Shown here one piece after another: positions 25,558 to 37,480 of a DNA stretch of 64,000 nt (positions are counted from its first letter, which is position 1; each line of letters begins with the position of its first letter). The notes beneath the pieces were generated by a model. It saw only the letters and a program-made list of their open reading frames with translations, was not told the DNA's origin and did not search any database. This stretch comes from Stegostoma tigrinum. Lineage: Eukaryota. The translations under genes and the position numbers were made by a program. The DNA lies in contig NC_081367.1 in the NCBI RefSeq assembly GCF_030684315.1, forward strand, positions 75,358,253 through 75,422,252, written 5' to 3'.

Positions 25558-26562
25558 ATTGAACTGGATTATTGCTATGTATTCATTTTTTGATTGAGAA
25601 AAGATTACAATCTGAGACGTAGCTGCTGAAATACACAAGAAGCATTAAACGAAAAATTTTTTGGCCTGACTATTAAACAAAGTAGTAGTAAATCATTTGG
25701 GACTTTGCATTTGTATTTTGACATCATCCTACTGCTAATCTGATGCTATATTGCATCCTGCTCTGTAGAGAGAATTAAATTGTACATTCTAGACCATGGA
25801 CAGTAGATTGCAGTCAGTGCTGCTGTCAAGGCAACTGCTTCGTTTGGCATTTTTCAAAATTTGGGAGTTCATTGACATATATTTAAGCAGGTTTGGATGT
25901 ATATTTTTGGGAATGTTGGTATCGACCTGTCCCATTAGCATTCTTATATGCTTATGTTGTGTAACTTGCACTCTTCGATATCCAAGTATGTGATTTTGTG
26001 ATCCTTTGTACCGTAAACTAAATGTTTGTGTTCTGTAAACATGTGCTGCTCAGTTTGTACAAAGCTGGAAGGGAAGATGCATTTTGAACTGAGGCAAGGT
26101 ATGAAATGCTACATTGCAGACCTGCTGAGTTTCTTCAGTTTCTGGTTTTATTTGATTTCAGCAAATGCAATTCTTTGTTTTATTTCCTTTTATGTACACA
26201 TTAATTTGTATAGTTCTGCAAAGTGTTGTTGTCAGGTCATTAATGTATGAAAGTGGAGTTAAGTCAATATGTTATAGATTTTTGCATAATATTCATTACA
26301 CACAGTTTGCTGGGTTAACACAGCCTTCCATCCACACCATTACCTTAAACCATGGACTCTTATTGATTGATGGTATAGGGCACCCAGTGGATGAACAACA
26401 CACAACCTTAGTGTAACCTGTGCTGCAAGATCATTTTAGTGTGCCTGAAGATTGAGAAGATGAAGTCATTGCTGCGAGCTAATTATATCATTAGTTGTGT
26501 CTGCAACATTTGGTGTTTTATGTGGTATGGTTCAAATCAATATATACACTGTCATTAAATAG

Positions 26563-26719
26563 GTACTTACTACAACCGAAGGACAATGGAAACAAGTCTG
26601 CAAAATCAGAAGACTTAGGTTCACTGCGACTGTCCATATCCTACAATGAAGATTACGTGCTCCCTTCCAAGTACTACAGCTCTCTTAATGACTTGCTGCT
26701 AATGTCATCAGATGTTAAG
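26563..26719 (+). CDS. RASA2: RASA2 exon (157 nt): [52 protein letters not shown]
   Basis: TAG acceptor, GTAAAT donor; LGSLRL motif; lies inside ORF 26495..26737. Confidence 0.96.
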
Positions 26720-26817
26720 GTAAATATTTGCAGATAAAGTCTTGGAGGCTTTTTTTTTGGTTTCTAAAACAGCTTCAAAGAATGCATGTATTTCAGTGTA
26801 CTAAAGCTTCTAGCTTC

Positions 26818-28700
26818 TTGCTAAGTTTGGAGACGATACAAAGGTAGGTGAAGGGTCAGCTAGTATTGAGGATGTGGGGAGGCTGCAGAAGGAATTGGAC
26901 AGGTTAGAAGTGGCAGAAGGAGTACAATGTGGGAAAGTGTGAGGCTGTGCACTTTCGTAAGAGGAATAGAAGCATGGACTATTTTCTAAATGGCGATTAA
27001 AATTCTGAAGTCTGAAGTGCAAAGAGACGTGGGAGTTCTAGTCCAGGATCCCCTCAAAGTAAACTTGCAGGTTGTGTCAATAGTTGGGAAGGCAAATGCA
27101 ATGTTGGCATTTATTTTGAGAGGACTTGAATATAAAAACATGCACCTGCTTGTGAGGCTATATAAGGCTCTGGTCAGGCCATAGTTGGAGTATCGTGCGC
27201 AGTTTTAACAATGAAAATTACAGCACAGGAACAGGCCCTTTGGCCCTCTAAGCCTGCGCCGATCGAGATCCTCTGTCTAAACCTGTCGCCTATTTTCTAA
27301 GGGCCTTTATCCCTTTACTCCCTCCCCATCCATGTACCTCTCCAGATACATCTTAAAAGACCCTATCGTGTCTCTGTCTACCACCTCTGCTGGCAACGCG
27401 TTCCAGGCACCGACCACCCTCTGTGTGAAGAACTTTCCACACATATCTCCCTTAAACTTGCCTCCTCTCACTTTGAACTCATGACGCCCAGTAATTGAGT
27501 CCCCCACTCTGGGGGGGGAGAAAGCTTCTTGCTATCCACCTTGCCTATACTATCATGATTTTGTAGACCTCAATCAGGTCCCCCCTCAATCTCTGTCTTT
27601 CTAATGAAAATAATCCTAATCTATTCAACCTGTCTTCATAGCTAGCACCCTCCATACCAGGCAACATGCGGGTGAACCTCCTCTGCACCCTCTCCAAAGC
27701 ATCCACATCCTTTTGGTAATATGGCGACCAGAACTGTACACAGTACTCCAAATGTGGCCGAACCAAAGTCCGATACAACTGTAACATGGCCTGCCAACTC
27801 TTGTACTTAATACCCCATCCAATGAATGAAAGCATGCCATATACCTTCTCAACCACTCTTCTGACCTGCGTTGCCACCTTCAGGGAACAATGGACCTGAA
27901 CACCCAGATCTCTCTGGACATCAATTTTCCCCAGGACTTTTCCATTTACTGTATAGTGTGCTGTTAAATTTGATCGTCCAAAATGCATCACCTTGCATTT
28001 GCCTGGATTGAACTCCATCTGCCATTTATCTGTCCAACTCTCCAGTCTATCTATATTCTGCTGCGTTCTCCAATAGTCCCCTTCACTATCTGTTACTCCA
28101 CCAATCTTCGTGTCATCTGCAAACTTGCTGATCAGACCACCTACACCTTCCTCCAAATTATTTACGTATGTCACAAACAACAGTGGTCCCGTATCTCAGG
28201 AAAGATGTACTGGCCATGGAGCAGGTTCAGAGGAGTTTCATGGGAATGGTCGAGAAATGAAAAGCTTAAGATATGAGGAACATTTGAGGCCTCTGGGTCT
28301 ATACTTGGAGTTTAGATGCATGAGGGGGTACCTAATTGAAACTTGGAGAATACTAAATGGCCTGGACTGAGTGGATGTTGGGGAGATGTTTCTGTTGGTC
28401 GGAGACACTAGGACAGGAGGGCACAGCCTTAGGGTAAAGGGAAGACCTTTTAGAATGGAGGTAAGGAGAAACTGCTTCAGCCAGAGTGTGGTGAAACTGT
28501 GGAATTCACTGCCACCGAAGGCTGTGGAGTATATTTAAGACGGAGATAGATAGGTTGTTGATTGTCAAGGGGATCGAGGGTTTTGGGGAGAAAGCAGAAG
28601 AATGGGGTTGAGAAACTTATGAGCCATGATTGAATGGTGGAGCAGACTTGATGGGCTGAAAGAAGCAGAAATTAGGCCAATGTCTTATGGCCTTATAGCT
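26818..28700 (+). mobile_element. Older CR1 3' part, split by a nested CR1 at 27207-28190
   Basis: KF.DDTK..RLYKALVRP..QF before 27206; WSPYLRKDV continues after 28184. Confidence 0.88.
27207..28190 (-). mobile_element. Young 5'-truncated CR1 nested in the opposite orientation
   Basis: Open 211-aa ORF 27545..28180 (KFADDTK..LEYCVQFWSP) plus 3' UTR. Confidence 0.94.
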
Positions 28701-28789
28701 CCGTATTCTGATGAGCAGCTGTTAGTTTTGCAGCAATAAAAACTTGGTGAGTTGGTGCCTGTTTCAAATACCACTGTTACATATACTTA

Positions 28790-29285
28790 AGTCATAAAAG
28801 TCATACAGCAACGAAGCAGACCTTTTGGTCCAACTTATCCATGCCAACTATGTTCCCAAACTAAACTAGTCCCACTTGCCTGTGTTTGGCCCTTATCCCT
28901 CAAAATTTCCATATTCATTTCATGTACCTGTCCAAATGTCTTTTAAATTTGTAACTGTACCTGCATCCACCACTTCCTCTGGCAGTTCATTCTGCATTAA
29001 AACCACCATCTCTGAAAAGAAATTGTCCCTTAGGTCTGTTTTTAGACCTTTTTCCTCTCACCTTATAAATATGCCTCCCAGGTTTGAACTGTCTCACCCT
29101 AGCGAAAAGACCTTTGCTATTCACTTTATCAGCGCCCCTCATGCTTTTTATGAAGCTCAATATTGTCACCTCTCAATCTCGTGCTCCAGTGGAAAAAGTC
29201 CCAGCATAACCAGCTTCTCCTTTCTAACTCAAACCTTCCAGTTGTGGCAACATGCCGGTAAATCTCTTTTGAACCCTCTTCAATA
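28790..29285 (-). mobile_element. CR1 3' fragment
   Basis: Homologous to 1869-2472. Confidence 0.82.
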
Positions 29286-29730
29286 GATAATTTCTTCAAG
29301 ATACTAACTTTGAGATCTAACTTCATTATCTAGGGGATCTAGTACAGACTACCGAATGTTGAGGTTTGTATTGAGAATCCCGTTTTGCTGACATTTGACT
29401 GGGTTTGCACAGATATTGTTCTTCGAATATCCAAGTTTGGTTTTTGGTGTGGAAACTGCTGTTGTGTTCTAACAGTATAGATTATAATGGACAAGTCACA
29501 TCTACTTTTGAATTAACCAGCTTAGTTCCCATGGCTGACAGCACTGAATGGTATCTACTGGGTTTGTTATCTGTTTCTATTAAAGATTTTCAAATTGCTT
29601 CTTGCATATTATTGAGAACTGTCTGTGTAAGACAGGAAAGGCAACTGTAATTCAATAAAATAACTTGCAACAATCAAACCAGTTATCTTGTAATGGTGCT
29701 TAACCTACTTGTGTTTCTCTCTCCTTGAAG

Positions 29731-29879
29731 CCTATATCTGCCTCAGCAGTTCATATCCTGGGTGAGGTGTGTCGTGAGAAGCAAGAAGCAGTATTGCCAC
29801 TTGTACGCCTGCTGTTGCATCACAGGAAGCTGGTTCCTTTCCTTAGTGCCATAGCTGAGTTGGATCTTCAGCAGACACA
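29731..29879 (+). CDS. RASA2: RASA2 exon (149 nt): [49 protein letters not shown](Q)
   Basis: AAG acceptor, GTAAGT donor; start of the RasGAP domain. Confidence 0.96.
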
Positions 29880-31520
29880 GTAAGTCTGATAGTTGCTCTA
29901 ATGGTTAGTCTCATTTGATTGTTAAATCCTGCGAGGAGCAGGGAGACCTTTTCTATCACTGGCTGTGATATAGAACTTTATATTAAAAGAAAATGTATTT
30001 GTGAATGGATGGAACTCATGATGGAACATTTTTAACATTTGACGGTTGCCAGTGCTGACATGAGAGTGCATAATGCAGAGTACAGTTCTTGTAACTCTGT
30101 CCGTGCAATGTACTTCAATAATACCTTGATAGCATCTGCTGCTCTACAAAAATGCATTCCCATTTCCGTTAGCAATTCTTTCAGCATCTCCAGAGATTGT
30201 CAGATTTGAAGCACATAACTGTTAGAATTTATAACTATCAAGATCTTTGAGGTTGCCCACATTTCCAATACATCAAGTAATCTGTTCAATCAGAGGAAAT
30301 TAATATAGATGCTGGAAATCTGGAATAAAAGCAAAAAATGCTCAGCACATCAGCATCTGTGGAGTGAAACTAAGTAAATGATGCACTGTTGCACTCTGAA
30401 TATTGGTTACATTTTGCCATGCCTTTATCAGTTTACTTGTTTAATGCTGTGACTGCGATTGCATTACCACTTCCTATAATATGGAAAGCATTTGATCAGA
30501 TCTCCAAGATCCATCTGTTTGATGGTTTCCTGAGAGTGTTAAGTAGAAAAATGAGGCTTTTTTAACAATAGATCTTCTTAAGTAGTGTTAGATCTCAGTT
30601 CTCAATGAGATCCCAAGTCCAGTAGTAACAGCTTCAGATTTTCATAGCAAAAAGATGCACGTGGTTTCAGAATGTCTTAACTTAAACAATTAAAACTTAG
30701 GATGCACATGAGCAACTCTCACCCACCCACCTGTTGGTCAGCAGCACAGCGTTATCCTTTTGTAACTGAATCTCTGGTACAGCACCTTATTCCATTCGGG
30801 GTTGCCTCAGCAATTTACTTGCTGTCCTACACAGTTTAACTGTTGATAGTCCTTAACCCAAAGGAATACCGCCACACTCGGCAATTTTAACATATTTCCA
30901 GTTAAGCTAATCATATCACTGAACGACAGAGATAGAGAGGATTGTAGCCCACCCCTGGTCCTTCTTGGTATGATGTGACGAGACTCTCATTTACCTGTAC
31001 TGATATTGGGACTGCTTTTACTGTCCGAGACTGTTTTGGATCTTTCCTCTAATGTTTTTAGCGATTTTTTTTTTTTTGGTTTGTATATAGGTGGATCTAT
31101 AACCATTTTGGAATCGATGATTATTTGAAGGATCTTAACGAAAACCTGTACTTAGTATTATAACTGATTATATAATTCAAAAGGGAGTCACCTAACTAAA
31201 TGTCTTATCTGTCATGTGTAAACAACTGCAGCTGCATATTATATTTCAGTTCAGTGACCTTGAGTCTACAAAGCTACTATTGTTTTCCTTGTGAAGACTG
31301 CATTAAGCAAATATTTACCCAAGTGCTGTAACTACTGTCAGCCATGTTCTGCATCAGCTATGGACAGCTGTCAGCCATTTTGTGCTGCTCAGTCACTGGC
31401 AGCCCAAACAGGCAGGTAAATGTGATAATGGGAACTGCAGATGCTGGAGAATCCAAGATAATGAAATGTGAGGCTGGATGAACACAGCAGGCCCAGCAGC
31501 ATGTCAGGAGCACAAAAGCT

Positions 31521-31548
31521 GACGTTTCGGGCCTAGACCCTTCATCAG
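31521..31548 (-). ncRNA. Minimal type-I hammerhead ribozyme motif (antisense to RASA2)
   Basis: Reverse complement reads CTGATGA-A-GGGTCTAGGCCC-GAAA-CGTC. Confidence 0.75.
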
Positions 31549-33163
31549 AGAGGGGGATGGGGTGAGGGTTCTGGAATAAATAGGGAGAGAGGGGGAGGCG
31601 GACCGAAGATGGAGAGAAAAGAAGATAGGTGGAGAGGAGCGTATAGGTGGGGAGGTAGGGAGGGGATAGGTCAGTCCAGGGAAGACGGACAGGTCAAGGA
31701 GGTGGGATGAGGTTAGTAGGTAGGAGATGGAGGTGTGGCTTGGGGTGGGAGGAAGGGATGGGTGAGAGGAAGAACAGGTTAGGGAAGCAGAGACAGGTTG
31801 GACTGGTTTTGGGATGCAGTGGGTGGAGGGGAAGAGCTGGGCTGATTGTGTGGTGCAGTGGGGGGAGGGGACGAACTGGGCTGGTTTTGGGATGCGGTGG
31901 GAGAAGGGGAGATATTGAAGCTGGTGAAGTCCACATTGATACCATTGGGCTGCAGGGTTCCCAAGTGGAATATGAGTTGCTGTTCCTGCAACCTGCGGGT
32001 GGCATCATTGTTGCACTGCAGGATGCCCATGATGGACATGTCATCTAAAGAATGGGAGGGGGAGTGGAAATGGTTTGCGACTGGGAGGTGCAGTTGTTTA
32101 TTGCGAACCGAGCGGAGGTGTCCTGCAAAGCGGTCCCCAAGCTTCCCGCAACACATCCCTCACACCCCGCCCCCGCCACAACCGCCCAAAGAGGATCCCC
32201 CTCGTTCTCTCACACCACCCCACCAACCTCCGGATACAACGCATCATCCTCCGACACTTCCGCCATCTACAATCCGATCCCACCACCCAAGACATTTTTC
32301 CATCCCCACCCCTGTCTGCTTTCCGGAGAGACCGCTCTCTCCGTGACTCCCTTGTTCGCTCCACATTGCCCTCCAACCCCACCACACCCGGCACCTTCCC
32401 CTGCAACTGCAGGAAATGCTACACTTGCCCCCACACCACCTCCCTCACCCCTATCCCAGGCCCCAAGATGACATTGCACATTAAGCAGAGGTTCACCTGC
32501 CCATCTGCCAATGTGGTATACTGCATCCACTGTACCTGGTGTGGCTATCTCTACATTGGGGAAACCAAGCGGAGGCTTGACCGCTTTGCAGAACACCTCC
32601 GCTCGGTTCGCAATAAACAACAGCACCTCCCAGTCGCAAACCATTTCCACTCCCCCTCCCATTCTTTAGATGACATGTCCATCATGGGCCTCCTGCAGTG
32701 CCACAATGATGCCACCCGAAGGTTGCAGGAACAGCAACTCATATTCCGCTTGGGGACCCTGCAGCCCAATGGTATCAATGTGGACTTCACCAGCTTCAAA
32801 ATCTCCCCTTCCCCCACCGCATCCCAAAATTAGCCCAGTTCGTCCCCTCCCCCCACTGCACCACACAACCAGCCCAGCTCTTCCCCTCCACCCACTGCAT
32901 CCCAAAACCAGTCCTAGCTGTCTCTGCCTCCCTAACCTGTTCCTCCTCTCTCCCGTCCCTTCCTCCCACCCCAAGCCGCACCTCCATCTCCTACCTACTA
33001 ACCTCATCCGACCTCCTTGACCTGTCCGTCTTCCCTGGACTGACCTATCCCCTCCCTACCTCGCCACCTATACTCTCCTCTCCACCTATCTTCTTTTCTC
33101 TCCATCTTCGGTCCGCCTCCCCCTCTCTCCGTATTTATTCCAGAACCCTCACCCCATCCCCCT

Positions 33164-33191
33164 CTGATGAAGGGTCTAGGCCCGAAACGTC
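33164..33191 (+). ncRNA. Minimal type-I hammerhead ribozyme motif (sense in a RASA2 intron)
   Basis: CUGAUGA, extra A, stem II GGGUC/GGCCC, GAAA, palindromic ACGU with no helix-III loop, GUC triplet; typical of PLE hammerheads. Activity is not shown. Confidence 0.78.
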
Positions 33192-33744
33192 AGCTTTTGT
33201 GCTCCTGAGATGCTACTTGGCCTGCTGTGTTCATCCAGCCTCACATTTCATTATCTTAGGCAGGTAAATGTAGTGTGTTCTTGCTATATAAATGTTAACT
33301 GTTGTTTCTCAGACCAATGCAATTTTAGACACTCAACTGATGGATTTTTCACATGCTCATGAATGGGATGGTCACATTTTCCTTTACAAGTTACATAATA
33401 GTTTTGTGGGGAATGGCAGACAGGGAAGTGTGTGATAGCACAGATTGCCAGAATGATGAAGTAGGCTTGTGTTTACTGTTTGCGAGATGGTGTTTTTCTG
33501 CAAGTTCAGGATCTTTTGATGCCTGGATCAATGGTTCTAGGTCATTGCCATAAATAAACGTTTTGGATTTTGAGCAGGACATGTCTGCCATAAAGGTGCA
33601 AGCAATGGCACCTGGGCTTTTAGACAGTATAGAAAAATTCAGTTTTAAGGTTCTTTGCACTCAAATTACTGTTAGATTTGTTGTGCACTGTGTGTCAGAA
33701 TGCAATGTTTTCAGTAGTTTCCAGAAAATGTGTGAGACGCCCAA

Positions 33745-34092
33745 TAGCAGCAGTGTGCACTGTCTACAAGATGCACTGTAGAAATTCATCAAAGATCTTC
33801 AGACAGCACCTTCAAACCCACGGCCACTTACATCTGGAAGGACAAGGGCAGTGGATATATGGGAACACCACCCCCTTCGAGTTCCCCTCAAAGCCACTCA
33901 CCATCCTGACTTGAAAATATATCACCATTCCTCCACTGTCACTGGGTCAAAATCCTGAAATTCTCTTCCCTAAGAGCATTGTGGGTCAACCCACAGCAGT
34001 GGTTCAAGAAGACAGCTCACCACCACCTTTTCAACTAGGGATGGGCAATAAATGCTGGCCAGCCACTGATGCTCACGTCCCACAGATGAATT
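33745..34092 (+). mobile_element. LINE 3' end (CR1/L2 group) sharing its tail with the tRNA-SINE family
   Basis: AAVCTVYKMHC C-terminus; tail AGGGATGGGCAATAAATGCTGGCC; minus-strand relative near 41265-41460. Confidence 0.75.
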
Positions 34093-34133
34093 TAGAGAAA
34101 GTCCTGTTGAATCCTACTACTTTGTTTTTGCAG

Positions 34134-34248
34134 GGAAGCCAACACTATCTTCAGGGGAAATACTCTGGCCACACGCTGTATCGATGAAACAATGAAACTC
34201 GTTGGAAAGCATTATCTGAAAGTGACTCTGAAAACAATTTTAGATGAA
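34134..34248 (+). CDS. RASA2: RASA2 arginine-finger exon (115 nt): [38 protein letters not shown]
   Basis: CAG acceptor, GTAAGA donor; catalytic FRGN motif. Confidence 0.97.
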
Positions 34249-35129
34249 GTAAGATGATATTTTATATCAACATGATGCTTAGTTTATTCTTATGCTGACT
34301 TCTCCATCAACATGCAGTGGAAGAGAACATATTCCATTTGTTGACTTCCTGTGCAGTTACTTAGAATCAGGTTTTTAAAAGATAATCTTTCACTCGTAAA
34401 TATTACTATCTTGATGACTGCTTCATCTCCATGCAACCACTCTGTGACATCATTTCTAAACAATATTGGGTTCTATTTTTGCACTCGCAATAACTCTCCC
34501 AGGTTCACCATCACCTCTTAACTCTTCCGTTCCTGGATTAATGTTGCTTGTCTGACATCCAGTAATGGGTGAGCTGAAATTTGCTCCAGTTGAGACTTAG
34601 TAAGATCAAATTTGTTGTCTTCGGTACATATTACCAACTCCCTTTCCTCGTCACTGGCTGCACCCTTGCTCCCTCACCACCTTTGAAACTGAGCCAAACT
34701 GTTGCAGTTTATTTGGCCCTGATCTTAATGCTGTATTGTCAATATCATCTATCTTGTACTAATACCTCAAATTTAAAATTCACGTTTAAATATTCAATTT
34801 TTTCCTTTGCTAAATTACTCCTAACCTCTGCAGTCTCATCCACTTCTGCAGTCCTCCCAAGGTTTCCACTTTTATCTATTTTTGGCGTCCCATGCATTCC
34901 AGATTTCCATCATTGAGAAATTATAGCACGTGGTTATCCGTTAATAAAGCTTTTAGTGATCCGGAGGTCATCGGTAAATGGAGTACACACATTGAAGTTC
35001 CATTGAAGTAACGTGACTGATTCCTGAGGAGCCAGAAATCCCCTCTGTGTCTGTAGGAGTGCCACAGACAGTGAAATTGCATCCTGTATAACAGGCCCTT
35101 GTGATAGAGATCTCCCAGTTTGAGTTTGC

Positions 35130-35900
35130 AAGCCATGATCCCAACTGATGGGTACCTCTAGACAAGTCAGATTTCAGAATGAAATCTGGCCTAATTGATC
35201 ATATGTTTTGCTTTTCTGTTTTAATAATTAACGTGGCAATCATTCACCAAAGAAGTCACATGAGACTGCAGTTTCTTTAACAACAGAGCTTTCTTAGAAG
35301 ACAGAAACAAAAATGAAAAACAAACAATCCAAGCCAACTAGATATAGAACACAGAAAAGTCTTATTGTTCAGATAAGCAAGTCTCACCCTGTATACCGAC
35401 AGGAAAAGAGATGTAAAACCAGATAAATCATCCCTCTGTATTGGATCTTTAGGGTTGACTTTACTGTTTCTCCCTACTACTTTGCTGTCACCTATGAAGT
35501 TTCTTACATGAATACGCAAGACTGAGAGCTTAAACTTTTTCAGCTTTTACTAACGTGGAAATTTCTAACCAAACACTCAGTTTGGAAGTTTCACAAATTG
35601 AACTTTTATACCAAGGTACTTGTGCTTTCCCAAACTGTCCATTACTCCTTTCTAGAAGAGAATCCTAGATTTGCTTTTGATCTAGTCAAATCTCCTCCCA
35701 AACTGCTTAAAAGCTTGAAGCTGTAACCTATCACTGTGAAATCAGTTTTCCTTCAAAACTCCAGGTCCCTGCTTTCTGACGTACTGAAACGGGTCTACTG
35801 GAAGGGCTGTCTTACATGGGTTTTGTTTTGAACCCTTTAGAAAAATAACGCAAATGCCTTAATTTAAAATGCAGAGTTTAAATTTATATTTATTTGTACA
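35130..35900 (-). mobile_element. Possible solo LTR or unclassified interspersed repeat
   Basis: Composition and the end motif ATCTGACTTGTC..CAGTTGGGATCAT recall shark LTR-like repeats; no TSD or TG..CA verified; boundaries uncertain. Confidence 0.25.
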
Positions 35901-36018
35901 TGTAAAAGTCAGACACTGTTCATCAAATTTTAATAACATGCTTCATTGACTAATAAAATCTGTATCTGTTTTAGAATCCTCATTATCCTCACTTGAGATA
36001 ATTGAAATTTTTTTTTAG

Positions 36019-36093
36019 ATTTGTGACTCCTGTAAAACCTGTGAGATTGATCCTGTTAAGCTAAAGGAAGGCGATAATGTTGAGGTGAATAAG
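36019..36093 (+). CDS. RASA2: RASA2 exon (75 nt): ICDSCKTCEIDPVKLKEGDNVEVNK
   Basis: TAG acceptor, GTATGT donor; CEIDP motif. Confidence 0.96.
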
Positions 36094-36813
36094 GTATGTG
36101 TATTCTCCAATAATTACTCAATATTTTTTAGTATATAATCCATACAGATGGGAATGATTGGTTTTATAATGTACCATAGAACAGTTTGAATAGATTATTT
36201 TACCAGACTCTTATAAACATAACATCATAGCATAAAGGCAAAATACCTCAGATGCTAGAAATCTGAAACACAGAATGCTGGAGAAACTCAGCAGGCAGCA
36301 CCAGAGTTAATAGTCCAAGTCCAGTATGACCTTTCTTCAGAACTAATGGTTTAATGTGAAGGCACAGAAACAAAAACAAAGTTGCTGGCAAAGCTCAGCA
36401 CGTCTGGCAGCATCTGTGGAGATAAAATGATTAAAGTTTTCAGTCTGTTGTGACTCTTGTTCATAACATTTTGACTCAATGTTAATTCTGTTTCTCTCTA
36501 CACAGATGCTGCCAGACCTGCTGAGTTTCTGCAGCACAATGTTTTTATTTCAAACTTCTAGCCTCCACAGTGCTTTGCTTTTATATTTATTGTTGAATGA
36601 TCCAGGTAAATGCTAGGTAATGTTGATGGTAAGAGCTTGAGAAGTGACTGCAGCTGGACAGGGTGAAAGCATGTCGTTGAAAGAATGGCAGAGAGTAATC
36701 GGTGGTGATAGTCAACAGATCTTCCTGATGTCTTTTCCATTACCCTTTCCATCAGTTGAGCTAGCATTCAAATGCAAATAGTAGCTTAATTCAGTGTATT
36801 TTCAAATTTGCAG

Positions 36814-36937
36814 GAGAACCTTCACCAGTATGTTGAAAGAGTATTCAATGTGATTGTCAAGTCCAGTATGAGTTGTCCCACATTAATGTGTGAGGTGTTT
36901 AATTCACTACAAAACTTGGCAAGGAAGCAGTTTCCAG
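36814..36937 (+). CDS. RASA2: RASA2 exon (124 nt): ENLHQYVERVFNVIVKSSMSCPTLMCEVFNSLQNLARKQFP
   Basis: CAG acceptor, GTAAGA donor; phase 0 to 1. Confidence 0.96.
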
Positions 36938-37174
36938 GTAAGAGATAAAAATCATGATTCTAACAAGTTGTTTCTTCCCACAAAAACGTTTTTGTGAAAC
37001 CAAATGTTGTAGCTTCAAACTAAAAGTGAACTCCAAGCTGTATTTGGAATTTGGTCACCGATCAGTCCTAAATTCAGTGAATGGTTGAACAGGTTTGAGG
37101 GGCTAAATGGCCTTACTCCCTGTACCCAAGTTCCTAAAAGTATGCTGTGTTGTATCTGCCTTTTATTATTAGAG

Positions 37175-37480
37175 TTAGCATGGAAACAGATCTACAGCCC
37201 AACTAGTCCATGCCAACCATAATGCCAAAACCCAACTAGTCCCACTTGCTAGCGTCAGGCCTATATCCCCCCAACAAAACTTACCTATTCATGAATATAT
37301 CCAAATGTCTTTTAAATGTTGTAACTGTTCCTGGATCCTCTGGCAGTTCATTCCACATTCAAACCACTCTCCATGTAAAAAAAGTGGCCCCTCGTCCTCT
37401 TTAAATCTTTCTCCTCTCACCCTAAAAATATGCCATGCCACCCCCCCCACCCCGAACTCCTTCACGCTAGGGAAAAGATC
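37175..37480 (-). mobile_element. CR1 3' fragment
   Basis: Homologous to 1869-2250. Confidence 0.8.

Larger units (their letters stand above)
31424..33257. mobile_element. Young Penelope-like insertion (family A): inverted 3' arm + GIY-YIG arm, 14-bp TSD
   Basis: TSD AGGCAGGTAAATGT at 31410-31423 and 33258-33271; minus arm 31424-32142, plus arm 32143-33257; ORF 32075..32833 has CRKCYTC..VVYCIHCTWCGYLYIGETKRRL.RFAEH. Confidence 0.96.

Noticed and set aside
32075-32833. 252-aa GIY-YIG ORF as a domesticated nuclease
   Set aside because: The start comes from the inverted arm and the rest is a truncated PLE C-terminus with no RT or promoter evidence.
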